A program made the translations under genes and the position numbers. From Octopus vulgaris (Eukaryota), in assembly GCA_951406725.2 (NCBI GenBank), contig OX597828.1:53320001-53384000 (forward strand): a stretch of DNA of 64,000 nucleotides, in the 5' to 3' direction. Shown piece by piece: positions 44,185-56,999 of the stretch (positions are counted from its first letter, which is position 1; every line of letters begins with the position of its first letter). The notes under the pieces are model-generated. The model worked only from the letters and a program-made list of their open reading frames with translations, had not been told where the DNA came from and ran no database searches.

Positions 44185-44869
44185 GATAGATAGATAGATA
44201 GATAGATAGATACACATACATACATACATACATACATACATACATACATACATACATACATACATACATACATACATACATACATACATACATACTTACA
44301 TACATGAGTATATATATATGAGCTGTGCGTTACCCAGAGGCGGGGAGGGTGCGTGACACGGGGCTGGTGTGAGAATATAAGCAAGAAAAACCGAGCAAAC
44401 AAGGTGGTTCCAATTTGTTGATGCCTGATGTTAGCAGGTGATAGTCCAAGTTGGGTGTCGCCGTGTGTCTAGACACGATGTCTGGAGAGAAGGGAGGAGG
44501 AGGAGTAGCAGGAACAGGAATACGAGGTGAGAAAGAAGGAGGAGTGAGATGGAGCGAATGGGAGTTGAGGGCGAAGGTCGGTAGGTGGCTACGACTGGAC
44601 TTTCACCGTTCCATCCGGAAGTAGAAAACACCCGTAGTTGTTGCTGTTGTTGTTGTTAGTAACACCCTGACACAGTCTAAGCACGGACGTGGACGCAGCA
44701 ATGCCACTTCAAGTGCGCATGTCAATAAATAAATAAATAAATAAATCTGGTGGCCAAATTCCTTCGTCCTTTTCTTGTTGTTGTTGTTGTTGTTGTCATT
44801 GTCGCTATGTTTAAACGAAGGAAGGACACAATACTAACGGCCTTTTGCAAAAGCGTCATAGATTTCTAT

Positions 44870-44926
44870 ATCATCGTCCATCTTCTGCTCCCGATCATTT
44901 TTCTGCTAAGCATCATCATCCTCATC

Positions 44927-44961
<35 letters not shown>

Positions 44962-44965
44962 CATC

Positions 44966-45006
<41 letters not shown>

Positions 45007-45430
45007 GATTGCTACCACCATCATCATCATAATCATCACCATTATCACAGTCATCATCATCTTTATCATCATCATCATGATCGACGCCATCATGACTATC
45101 ATCTTCGTCATCATCGTCATCATCTTCATCGTTGTCGTTATCGTCGTCTTCTTAATCAACGTCGTCGTCTTTATCATCATCATCATCATCATCATTACCA
45201 TAACCATCATCATCATCATCATCATCATCATTACCAATACCATCATCATCATCAGCAGCAGCAGCAGCCACATCATCATCATCATCGTCATCAACGTCTT
45301 CATCATCATCATCATCATCATCATCATCGTTATCAATGTCTACATCATCATCATCATCATTATCAACGTCTTCATCATAATCATCATCATCATCATCATC
45401 ATCATTATCGTCATCAACGTCATCATCATC

Positions 45431-45462
<32 letters not shown>

Positions 45463-45550
45463 CGTCATCATCATCATCACCATCATCACCATCATCATCG
45501 TCGTCGTCGTCGTCAACGTCTTCATCAACAACTACAACAACAACAACAGC
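44870..45550. repeat. Degenerate (CAT/CGT/CAC)n triplet array
   Basis: Open in several frames on both strands, typical of a triplet microsatellite. Confidence 0.9.
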
Positions 45551-45855
45551 GATACATGTCAGTACATTTAGTGGCATTCACGTCTTCACGTACGTAGAAA
45601 GCCTCCCAAGAAACTGATAATTTCAACGTAGCCAGAATTTATCTTGTATCTTATTTAATAGACGTTTATTGCGTCGTAGTTGTTCAAATACTTGCTTCTG
45701 GTACTTAACTCAGTTTTCACTTCATCTATATGCGCGTGTTGATACATGTGTGCAAGTGTGCGTGCGTGTGTGTGTACGTGTATATGTGTGTGTGTATATA
45801 TGTAAGTGTTTGTGAATAAGAGCTGTGTTGTATTATATAAGCCAATCAGGAGTTC

Positions 45856-46265
45856 TCTCTTTACTTGTTACTCTTTTGTTTGTTTCAGTCATGTGATTTT
45901 GGCCATGCTGGAGCACCGCCTTTGGTCGAGCACATCGACCCCAGGACTTATTTTTTGTAAGCCTAGTAATTATTCTATCGGTGTCTTTCGCCGAACCGCT
46001 AAGTTACGGGGACGTAAACACACCAGTATCGGTTGTCAAGCGATGTTGTGGGGACGAACGCAGACAGACAAACATATACACACACATACATATACATATA
46101 TACGATGGGCTTCTTTCATTTTCCGTCTACCAAATCCACTCACAAGGCTTTGGTCGGCTCGAGGCTATAGCAGAAGACACTTGCCCAAGGTGCCACGCAA
46201 TGGGACCGAACCCGGAACCATGTGGCTCGTAAGCAAGCTACTTACCACACAGCCACGCCTACGCC
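45856..46265 (-). mobile_element. SINE family A, full length
   Basis: Reverse complement of the reference copy. Confidence 0.93.
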
Positions 46266-46455
46266 TATAACTCTCAATAATGTTTTCATCTATGAACCCC
46301 TCTGATTACTATTCTGTTCTGGCCGACCCCCATAGCCATTTCGTGTTTAAAATCTAGCTTTATAGAAACCTCTTTCAAAATTCCTATTTTGTTTTTCCCA
46401 CTTCGTGTAGGTTGAACGATGTAAAACGTTATAGAAACAATCCTAACTGTTTCTA

Positions 46456-46825
46456 TTGGGTTGTTCGGAAAGTTCGTGCCGATTTATAGTAGCTTACATT
46501 TCGACTTATGGTTGAGTCCATAAAATAGGTTTTGACTACACCTCCATTTAGAGCACAGTTTAAGCTATCTTTTCGTGGAAGAGGGTTTATGTCCTATAAA
46601 CTATATTAATTATGTAACCCTTTAAAATGGAAGATAAGAAAGTTCCTTTTCGGCACTTGATGCTTTGGGAACCAGAGAAAAACTGCTGCAGCTCGGCTGG
46701 GATGTGTTACCCCACCCTCCATATTCACCAGATATTGCTACTTCGGATTTCCACTTATTTCAGTTCCTTGGATGACGTAAGAAGATACCTTGATGAATTC
46801 TTTGCCATGAAACCACCTCAACTTT
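46456..46825 (+). mobile_element. Internally deleted mariner element
   Basis: TA followed by terminal-repeat-like ttgggttgttcggaaagtt; start MEDKKVPFRHLMLWE fused to TREKLLQLGWDVLPHPPYSPDIATSDFHLF (YSPD motif). Confidence 0.85.
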
Positions 46826-47021
46826 CATTGCATCGATTTAGATGCAGTGCTATCTTCAGCTGCACAGAATATAAAGATTTTGAATCTTTATTATTTTGAC
46901 TCTTATTTCTAGCAATACTGGTACTACTTAGTACCCTCTAGCGCTTTAGTGACGTCTATAAACTTTATGTTGTTAAATTGCTAATAAGCCACCCATATTA
47001 TTTATATATAAACAGTAGTGT

Positions 47022-47066
47022 CCGGTACTGAGGAGTGACAGAAATAGCCCGAAACCAGGACTGGTC
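47022..47066 (+). ncRNA. Hammerhead ribozyme-like motif, decayed
   Basis: CTGAGGA (47028) ... GAAA (47051) ccag-ga-ctgg TC. Core intact; stem II damaged; 3' strand of stem I absent. Confidence 0.5.
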
Positions 47067-47325
47067 CTCTTGGGGTTAAAATATCGCAGGAGAGTCGGTC
47101 GAACGGAGAGCCATGTTAAAGTGGCTATGAATATTACTTGCCAGTAGAAATACTCCGTTGATCTCTTAGAGAGATTTTAGAATTAGCACTTTCGCATTAT
47201 ATATATATATATATATATACATACATACGGAACAAATAATTCAGGAGAAAACATTTGCGAAGATATTATTGGATCTATTATTATCTAGCGTAACAATTAA
47301 AAATTATAATAACAGAATCTTTCGG

Positions 47326-47428
<103 letters not shown>

Positions 47429-47430
47429 CA

Positions 47431-47464
<34 letters not shown>

Positions 47465-47620
47465 CAGTAATCACTCGACTGTCGCGGGTGTTACGTTCAA
47501 AAAACTTCAGCGATAGAAGAAAATCCGCGATGTAGAAATTGTATATTTTTTCTTTATTATTTTTATAATTTGTATATATTTATTTTATTTTAAATGCAAA
47601 GCAACATCACTCAGGAATTG
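47465..47620 (+). mobile_element. Tigger/pogo-like DNA transposon terminus
   Basis: TA followed by cagtaatcactcgactgtcgcggg...aaaatccgcga; only one end seen. Confidence 0.5.
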
Positions 47621-47985
47621 ACATTTTTCCAACCACTTGATTCCGGGGCCCAGTCCCTCTGTGAGGCAACCTGATCAAGTGTCTTCTACTATATCCTTGA
47701 GTCAACAAAACCCTTTTAAGTAGATTGGGTAGACAGAAACTGGAAGACGTCTGTCGTATATATAATATGTATGCGCCCACGTGTACGTGTGTGTATGTGT
47801 GTGTATGTATTCATGGTTAATTTAAGGGTTCAAATTTACCCAGTCAAGTGTTGCGATGTCACTTTAGTGTCGTGGTTAGCACACCTGTAAGGTTTGCAGA
47901 AGAACGACGCTCGGAACCTATTAGCGATATTACATCTTTTTGCATAGTATTTATATACACACATAAACACACACAAATACATGGT

Positions 47986-48019
<34 letters not shown>

Positions 48020-48150
48020 TGTTTCTTTATTAGCCACACAGGGCTGCACACAGATAGAACAAATTACAAGGTAGAGCTTTTCTTTTGAAGGTTTAAAAAA
48101 AAAAAAAAAAAAAAAAAAAGGAAGGGGGAGTTTCGATCAAAAGGGATCGT

Positions 48151-48472
<322 letters not shown>

Positions 48473-48733
48473 ACAGTATGCATATACACAAAATATACAC
48501 ATACACATAAGCACACACATACATACACATTGAGAGAAGAGAAAGCTTGATATTGAATGCAAACTAAACGCACAAACAGGTAGAGAAAGAAAACAAAGAA
48601 ATATCTAATAAAGTTTGATATCACTGACATGTCTATAGATAACTGTCGCCAGAGGGCGCAGCCGTCAGATGTGTTTGCATTTCATTCCTATATTCGTACA
48701 CATGGGCACACAGAGCTCGTCAAACACAAACAT

Positions 48734-48835
<102 letters not shown>

Positions 48836-48928
48836 TCTACCAAATCTACACCACATAATAAATTAAAACACCCTGGCATGCAACTTAATTCTTTCAATAA
48901 TATTAATAATATACCTACAGATATATAT

Positions 48929-48974
<46 letters not shown>

Positions 48975-49019
48975 GGAGAAAGAGATAAATATATATATCT
49001 ACAAACATGTCTACATACA

Positions 49020-49092
<73 letters not shown>

Positions 49093-49592
49093 TTACATAT
49101 ATATATATGTATGTGTATATATATTAAAACATGAGAGCGAATACATGCATAAATCAATTAATCTTACACACGGATACACAAACATCATTATACACATACA
49201 TAGACTAACAGACACAAATATACGCAGTCAATGATGATGTGTCACACGAGTGGTCTTCCGCGTGTTAGTCGTTGTTTGTTTGCGCCCGCGTCATTTAAAC
49301 CTGTTGTTCTCTTTAACCAATTCTTCAGAAAAGCTAGCAATCACCTTTACTCGTCTAAGCCATCATACACGTACACAGATAGACACGCGCGCGTATGCAC
49401 GTATACATATGTGAGCATACACGTACGAATATAGGCAATATAATGATGGCGGTTTTTTTTGGGGGGGTCGAATATAATAAATGACGAAGAGGGAAAAAAT
49501 ACGTTTCACCAGACGACGGTGAAAATAAACATCGTTGTTGGTCTCTACCAACAGTAGCATCTTCGAGAATTATATAGGTGTGTGTCATTGCA

Positions 49593-49624
<32 letters not shown>

Positions 49625-49654
49625 TGTGAGTGCGCGCGTGTGCATTTAGATAGG

Positions 49655-49723
<69 letters not shown>

Positions 49724-49746
49724 ATGCTTGTATGTGTGTATGTGTG

Positions 49747-49803
<57 letters not shown>

Positions 49804-50317
49804 GTATATACAGTCATATATATACGTGTATATATATATGTGTATGTATGTATGTATGTATGTATGTATATATATCTGTACGTATGTATGTATATACAGG
49901 CATATATATACGTGTATATATATGTGTATATATATATGTGTATATATATATATGTGTATATATGTATGTATATATATATATACATACATACACACTCACC
50001 CACACACACACACACATACACACACGTACATATACAATTTCATAATTATATACATATAAGAAAAAAAGACATACATTGGAAGCTGAGAAACATCGTAATA
50101 GTAACAATAACAACAACTAGATGATGATGATGCTAATGCTGCTACTGATGATGATGATGATGATGGACAATGAAAACAATTCTTGCATCTTCAAATGACT
50201 CTAAGAAAGAATATAATGTTTTATGTTATGATTATTACAACGGCGGGCAACAATGCGTCGTCTTTGTTCAGATACTCATATCTTGTATGTATGTCTGGTA
50301 TGACAATAAATACATAC

Positions 50318-50374
<57 letters not shown>

Positions 50375-50402
50375 TTCATGCTTATATCATATTAATACAT
50401 TC

Positions 50403-50435
<33 letters not shown>

Positions 50436-51145
50436 GTTATATATATAGTTATATATATATATATACATATATATATATGTATATATATATATATAGTTAT
50501 ATTGTCATACAATTATATAGCGCTGTAGATATAAATACGTGTAACTATATATATATATATATATATATATGCATACTTACAAATATATATAAAGCATATA
50601 TAGAGAGAAAGTGATATATAAAGACACATATGTGTACGCACATTACAATGTGTATATGTATTTATTATTTTTTTTATTTCAATATTTCCTTGTACGAAAA
50701 AACACAACAACGACAGATCGTATTTTTTTTTTTTTTTGTAATTCTTAATTCTTAATATAAATTTGAAAAATTCTATTGAAGATGTCGCATAGTGTAATGA
50801 AGATATGTAAATTGCAACGCATGATGCTGTTCTTACCATTGTTGAAATTTCTTTATTAAGGAATATGGCGTTGTTTCGATTTCTTATTTCTTTCTAAAAA
50901 GAAAGAATGAGACTTTAGAAAAAGGAATCACTGTTGTCTTATATATTGAATAAGTATTTCTTTAATGTAATAACGTTGCAATTTATTGTTGGTAGATATT
51001 GTTTATTGTCCCACACACTTCTGTTGCTTCATAGAACGTTGCTCTCTCCATCATATTGTCTCGTTGGTATTTAACAGAAGATATTTACATAAAATTTATA
51101 GTCAGGTGCCTGTATGTGTGAGCGCATGTATGTGTAAGTATCTGT

Positions 51146-51181
<36 letters not shown>

Positions 51182-51228
51182 ATGTGTGCGCGTTTTTTCT
51201 ATTTCTCTCTTTTTCTCTTTTCTCTTTC

Positions 51229-51591
51229 TTCTTTTACTTGTTTCAGTCATTTGGCTGCGGACATGCTGGAGCACCGCCTATCTTTTAGTTGAGCAAGTCG
51301 ACCCCAGGACTTATTTTTTAGAAGCCTGGTACTTATTCTATCGGTCTCGTTTTGCCGAACCGCTAAGTTACGGGGACGTAAACACACCACCATCGGTTGT
51401 CAAGCGATACATATATATATACATATATACGACGGGCTTATTTCAGTTTCCGCCTATCAAATCCACTCACAAGGCTTTGATCGGCCCGAAGCTATAGTAG
51501 AAGACACTTTCCCAAGGTGCCACACTGTGGGAATGAACCCGGAACCATGTGACTCGTAAGCAAGCTACTTAACACACAGCCACTCTTGCGC
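51229..51591 (-). mobile_element. SINE family A, near full length
   Basis: Reverse complement of the reference copy with a short central deletion; a second diverged tail follows at about 51628-51830. Confidence 0.9.
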
Positions 51592-51944
51592 TGATATTTT
51601 TTTTATCGTTTATCTTATTGTTCGTGTGTTGCAGTTATTAGACTGCGGCCATGCTGGGGCACAATCTTGAAGAGTTTTTAGTCTGAATGAATCGACCCCC
51701 ACCACTACCCAGCACGTTTTTAAGGCCCGGTACTTAGTCTACCATTCTCTTTTGCCGAACTGCTAGGTTGCGGAGACGTAAATATACCACCAAGCGGTAG
51801 TGGAGGAACAGACACAGCGGCAGGAACACCCCCCCCCCCCAACGCGCGCAGCAGTTCGACAAAAAAAACAAAAATGTGCTGGGCAGGGTAATAAATATTG
51901 TGACCCAATGCTTTGCCTGGAGACTCGTGTTTTTACCGAATATC

Positions 51945-52225
51945 GAAATCGAGCGGTTGAGCATAATGAATTCAAAATCGTTAGATCGTGGGTTCGATTA
52001 ATTGGTTGGCTGTATGTTGCGTTTTTGAGCAAAATAATTCATTTCAATTTACTCCAGTCCTCTCACCTGTAAATGGTTAACCCTGCGATAGATTAGCCTT
52101 CCGATTCAGCGGGGAATGTTGGCCTGATCGCCTGGCGATCAGAAGGGTGTCATTTGAAAGCTAAAACGATATCAAGTACAATGTGACCGTCGATGTATTA
52201 CTACATCCTATATCTGGGGCACATA
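51945..52225 (+). mobile_element. Old, diverged CORE-like SINE
   Basis: gggttcgatt B-box, ctccagtcctctcacctgtaaatgg core, ccctgcgatagattagc motif. Confidence 0.5.
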
Positions 52226-52288
52226 ACATTTTTAACGGCGGTGCATCAGCATGGCCGCAGGTCTGAGCTGAAACTTTAAAAATATATA

Positions 52289-52628
52289 TGGCATCTTGGG
52301 CAAGTGTCTTCTGCTACAGCCCCGGGCCGACCAATGCCTTGTGAGTGGATTTGGTAGACGGAAACTGAAAGAAGCCTGTCGTATATATGTATATGTATGT
52401 ATGTATGTGTGTGTGTGTTTGTGTGTCTGTGTTTGTCCCCCTAGCATTGCTTGATAACCGATGCTAGTGTGTTTACGTCCCCGTCACTTAGCGGTTCGGC
52501 AAAAGAGACCGATAGAATAAGTACTAGGCTTACAAAGAATAAGTCCCGGGGTTGATTTGCTCGACTAAAGGCGGTGCTCCAGCATGGCCGCAGTCAAATG
52601 ACTGAAACAAGTAAAAGAGTAAAGAGAG
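52289..52628 (+). mobile_element. SINE family A, 5'-truncated
   Basis: Close match to the reference copy from tggcatcttgggcaag to the tail. Confidence 0.92.
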
Positions 52629-53115
52629 TATATAATGTGCATACACACTCACTCAAGTTCGTCTTGTATGGAGAAAAGTTTCGTTTCGTTTCATAACCAC
52701 GTGACTGAGCAAAATGTCACCTTCTGTAATTTCGCTACACTGTCAGTGAAATTGAATTGAAGGAAACAGCATTGAAGCCCCTTTGTTGGTTGTAACTTCA
52801 ATGTAAATGGATGAGTCGTGTTAATATGTTTTTGACTAAGACTTGCATTAAGTGCTGAGATGTCTGTGGGGTGTTGGGAAACTTGTGTGTTAACTGAATG
52901 AGCGGATAATTCAGTTGGTGGAACAAGTGGATCCTCATCTACACACACTCATATATTTATAGACGCACTCACATACCCACGCGCACACGCACGGGCGCAC
53001 TCACACACACGCACGCACACAAACACACACACAGACACACACATAAGCGCATCACTAATTGTTTGAACATATCACCTAACGTCATTAGATGAAAAAGAAA
53101 TTACCAGAATAAAGA

Positions 53116-53335
53116 GGCGGCTAGCTGGCAGAGACGTTAGCACGCCGAGCGAAATGCTTAGCAGTATTTCGTCTGTCTTTACGTTCTGAGTTCTAATTCC
53201 GCCGAGGTCGACTTTGCCTTTCATCCTTTCGGAGTCGATAAATTAAGTACCTGTTGCGGACTGGAGTCGATCCAATCGACTGTCCCCTTCCCCATATATT
53301 TGGGTCCTTTTGTGCCTAGAGTAGAAAAGAATATT
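53116..53335 (+). mobile_element. SINE family B (variant 2)
   Basis: Matches 13119-13322. Confidence 0.9.
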
Positions 53336-53340
53336 ACTAG

Positions 53341-53423
<83 letters not shown>

Positions 53424-53509
53424 CATATATATATATATAAGTATGTATGTATTTATGTTTGTATATATATATATGCATGTATTTATACATATACATATAT
53501 ACATAAACA

Positions 53510-53548
<39 letters not shown>

Positions 53549-53616
53549 ATGAGAGCGAGAGAAGAGAGAGAAGAGGGAAAGAGATAAAAATATTTATTGA
53601 AAGTTGCACAAATAGA

Positions 53617-53780
53617 CGCAGGCATGACAATGTAGTAAGATGTTTGGTTCCCAAGCACATGGTTCCGGGTTCAGTCCCGTGGCGTGGCACCTTCGAAAAG
53701 TATCTTCTACATATAAACTCAGGCTGATCAAAGCCTTGTGAGTGGATATGGAAAATCGAGACTGAAAGAAGCTCATCAGA
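53617..53780 (+). mobile_element. SINE family A, diverged 5' half
   Basis: atggttccgggttcagtcccgtggcgtggcacc; a diverged tail lies at about 54255-54450 and another head at about 54593-54750. Confidence 0.75.
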
Positions 53781-54060
53781 TATTTATATATATATATACA
53801 AAATACAAAGTTATATCTTGAGATCGCTAAGGACAACAACACTCAAAATATATAACAGACTGGAATAGTAGTGCTGAAATGAGCTGTATACACTTATTAA
53901 TCCGTATGTGTTTGATCTTTCAGTGGATTTTGTAATGTTCCTTTAGTTGCTGCTCAGATTGCCTCCCCTTGGATTAAAAAGTATATATATATACCGGAGT
54001 AAACACATAAATGTGAAACAAGGTGGAAAAGAGAGTACTCAAATACCAGTGGTAGAGTAA

Positions 54061-54185
54061 TATGCTTTATTTAAAGCAGCAGAAAATTCAACAAAATCTG
54101 TTACTCTGAGTTTCGCGTTGCCCTTGCCGGCAACGGGAAACTCAGAGTAACAGGTTTTGTTGAAGTTTCTGCTGCTTTAAATAAA

Positions 54186-54190
<5 letters not shown>
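54061..54190. repeat. 62-bp inverted repeat with 6-nt loop
   Basis: Arms 54061-54122 and 54129-54190 with 4 mismatches; part of a 53993-54190 segment flanked by (TA)n. Confidence 0.93.
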
Positions 54191-54230
<40 letters not shown>

Positions 54231-54451
54231 ATACATTCATATATACATCTACATGATAACCGGTGTTGAGTTTACGGTGTTAGATAACCGGTGTTGAGTT
54301 TACGTTCTTTTGCAGTAGCGGTTCGACACAAGAAAACCGATAGATCAAGCACAAGGCTTTAAATAATTACTAGATTTGATTCATTCCACTAAAATCCCTC
54401 CAAGGCAGAGCCCCAGCATGGCTGCAGTCTAATGATTGAAACAAAAGAGAC

Positions 54452-54532
<81 letters not shown>
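54452..54532. repeat. (TAG)n microsatellite
   Basis: Perfect run. Confidence 0.97.
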
Positions 54533-54533
<1 letters not shown>

Positions 54534-54748
54534 ATTCTTGCCGCTGTAATAGTGGTATTTATTCATTCATAACGTGCCTATATGTACATAGTAGCATGTG
54601 TGGCTGTGCGGTAAGTAGTTGTACTTCTCAACCACATAGCTCCGAGTTCAAGCCCACTTGCCTAACATGTTGGCCAAGTATTTCCAACAATAACCAACCC
54701 CAGACCAGCTAAATAAAGCCTGATGAATCGATTTGGTGAACGGAAATT

Positions 54749-54803
<55 letters not shown>

Positions 54804-54969
54804 ATTTGCATGCATGTATATATACGTACTAAAGTACACAACACTCACACACTTATATACACCCACATATAATTTTTACGATGTGTATATGTATTCGTTA
54901 TAATATGATGTTTATTATATTTATAAGTACATGTAGCATTCAGAAAGCAAACACACGTACACACATACA

Positions 54970-55041
<72 letters not shown>

Positions 55042-55483
55042 CATACACACGTACAAATGCGAATGTACATGCTTATACACACACGACAATATGGGTTACA
55101 TCAGTGGTGGTATGTAAGTTGTGTACAGGGGTGTTTAATGTGAACAAATCAGGCGAGTAATTGACTAAACTCCAGCGGATATTGCTGTAAAAGCGGGTAT
55201 TCAGCCGGAGTTACCTCCTGCTGTTCTCACTTTCACCTCTGTTCATTCAACACAAATTCTACGAAAATAACAACGAAAATCGATATTATTCTCGTTATCG
55301 TTATTATCATAAAGGGTAAGTTTGGAGGAAGTGATAAGGGTGGTGAGGTTGAGGTATGGGGGGAAGGCGTCCGACGCGATGTCCTGCGTCATGTCGTTTT
55401 GGCACTCTTCGATCTGAGTTCGAATTTCCCTTCCCGAAATATTCAAGCTTGATAGATAGGATTATTATTACTGTTGTTATTGT

Positions 55484-56080
55484 TCATTATTTACATTATT
55501 TACAATTGACGGATATTTATCCTCATCTTGATCGTTGTTAACACAACCCTCCAGCCTTCATCAGTTGTTTTGGGGAAATTTCTCATTCCTAAGTTATTAT
55601 TATTATTATTATTATTCATGTCACTGCTTGGAATTGAACTTGGAATCTTGGGGTTAGTAGCCGCGCTCTTAACCACTACGCCATGTGCTCTTAACCACTA
55701 CGCCGTGGGCAATTATGGAGTGAATTTTAGGGCTTATAAATCTAATATTTTCCTATCCTTCCTTAATACTGGTTCTCATATGCTACTCGTATCTGCACTC
55801 GGTCTGCTTAGGAGGTTGTTGTGTCCCAGCATATGCGCTGCTTCTTTTAGTTTTCGTATTTTCCGGTGCTGTTCTCTGTCTATTATTTTAACTTCGTTCC
55901 ACAGGGGGAGATGGTCTCCATTTTTCCATACATGATCAGCTATATCCGATTTAACAATATCTCCTCGTGCCACAGCTTTGCGATGTTCGTCTACCCTTTT
56001 ATTTCTTGAGGAAGCTGCATGTTTCGCCTTTGTATAATCTACCACAGTTACACGGGATGGAGTACACGCAGTCTTTGGTC
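55484..56080 (-). mobile_element. Penelope-like element 3' end: GIY-YIG domain plus terminal repeat
   Basis: Translates with a frameshift to KDCVYSIPCNCGRLYKGET...RVDEHRKAVARGDIVKSDIADHVWKNGDHLPLWNEVKIIDREQHRKIRKLKEAAHM; followed by a tRNA-like module, (TAA)n and a CTGATGA motif. Confidence 0.85.
55620..55685 (-). promoter_or_regulatory. tRNA-like Pol III A/B-box module in the Penelope 3' region
   Basis: TGGCGTAGTGGttaagagcgc...aaGTTCAATTCC; the A-box is tandemly duplicated (55666-55705); no complete cloverleaf. Confidence 0.55.
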
Positions 56081-56866
56081 TCAGTTTTTGTTGGAATTCC
56101 TGGAATCTTGCATGCGTAGCAGACTTCCTACCTGCAGCCCACGTAACCACGCTATCTGCTCTTTCCAACTATCTAATATTTTCCTTATGATTCTGGTTGT
56201 ACCAAGGAGGCAAATCATTTGCAATAGTTCTACTGGGCATTCTATTCTTGTTTCCTTTATATTCCTCTTGATACCTTCTGATACTGTCCCTAAGACCCCC
56301 AACAATAATTCTTTACATTTTTCATTTTTCACAGCCCAGCTATCTCGTATTCAAGAGAATCGTATATGTCTATTTTTATGCTTTCCTTCTTGACTAATCG
56401 TGAGTCAAAGGGGCACGCGGCATCAGTTATAGAGCACACGTGCTTTCACCTTGTCCACCACCGGACAAGGTCCGGCTTGTTGTACTCAAGAACCTGGCCT
56501 GTTCGAATTGGAAAAATCTCACATGATTTTGTAGGTCTCTGACTCATCCGCTCTTTTGGGGTTTCTGGTCATATATCATGTCTTATCTCTTTCTACCCCC
56601 CTCATTTCGCACAATTTCCAATATAGCTCTTCTGTATCTTTATCGTGTCGCCACAACTTATTTCGGATATTGGGCAAGTAGAGAGCATTTTTTCACAAGA
56701 TGAGCAATGGAATCGTCAGATCTATCACAAATTCAGCATAATGGAGACACTTGCTCATTTCTAAAATTGGTCCTCCAATTTGTGACCAAAGCTTGATCAT
56801 GCCCAGCCAGAATAGTGCTCTCAGTTTCCTTTTTCAGTGTTCCTTTCTTTAACCAGTTCCACCTAT
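56081..56866 (-). mobile_element. 5'-truncated R4/Dong-like retrotransposon (CCHC + RLE), decayed
   Basis: WLKKGTLKKETESTILAGHDQAL...SPLC*ICDRSDDSIAHLVKKC...KIM*DFSIRT...NKPDLV...ACPFDS...LLQMICLLGTTRIIRKILDS. Confidence 0.85.
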
Positions 56867-56867
56867 A

Positions 56868-56968
56868 ATACATACATACATAAATACATACATACATACA
56901 TATATACATACATACATACATACATACATACATACATACATACATACATACATACATACATACATACA

Positions 56969-56998
<30 letters not shown>
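56868..56998. repeat. (TACA)n microsatellite between two R4-like elements
   Basis: Tetranucleotide run. Confidence 0.96.

Positions 56999-56999
<1 letters not shown>

Noticed and set aside
44750-45597. 250-273 aa poly-His, poly-Ile and poly-Asp ORFs
   Set aside because: Degenerate (CAT)n array that is open in several frames on both strands; no domain, signal peptide or splice evidence.
45806-46270. Recurrent apparent protein family ([31 protein letters not shown])
   Set aside because: Antisense translation of SINE A; copies differ by frameshifts and stops.
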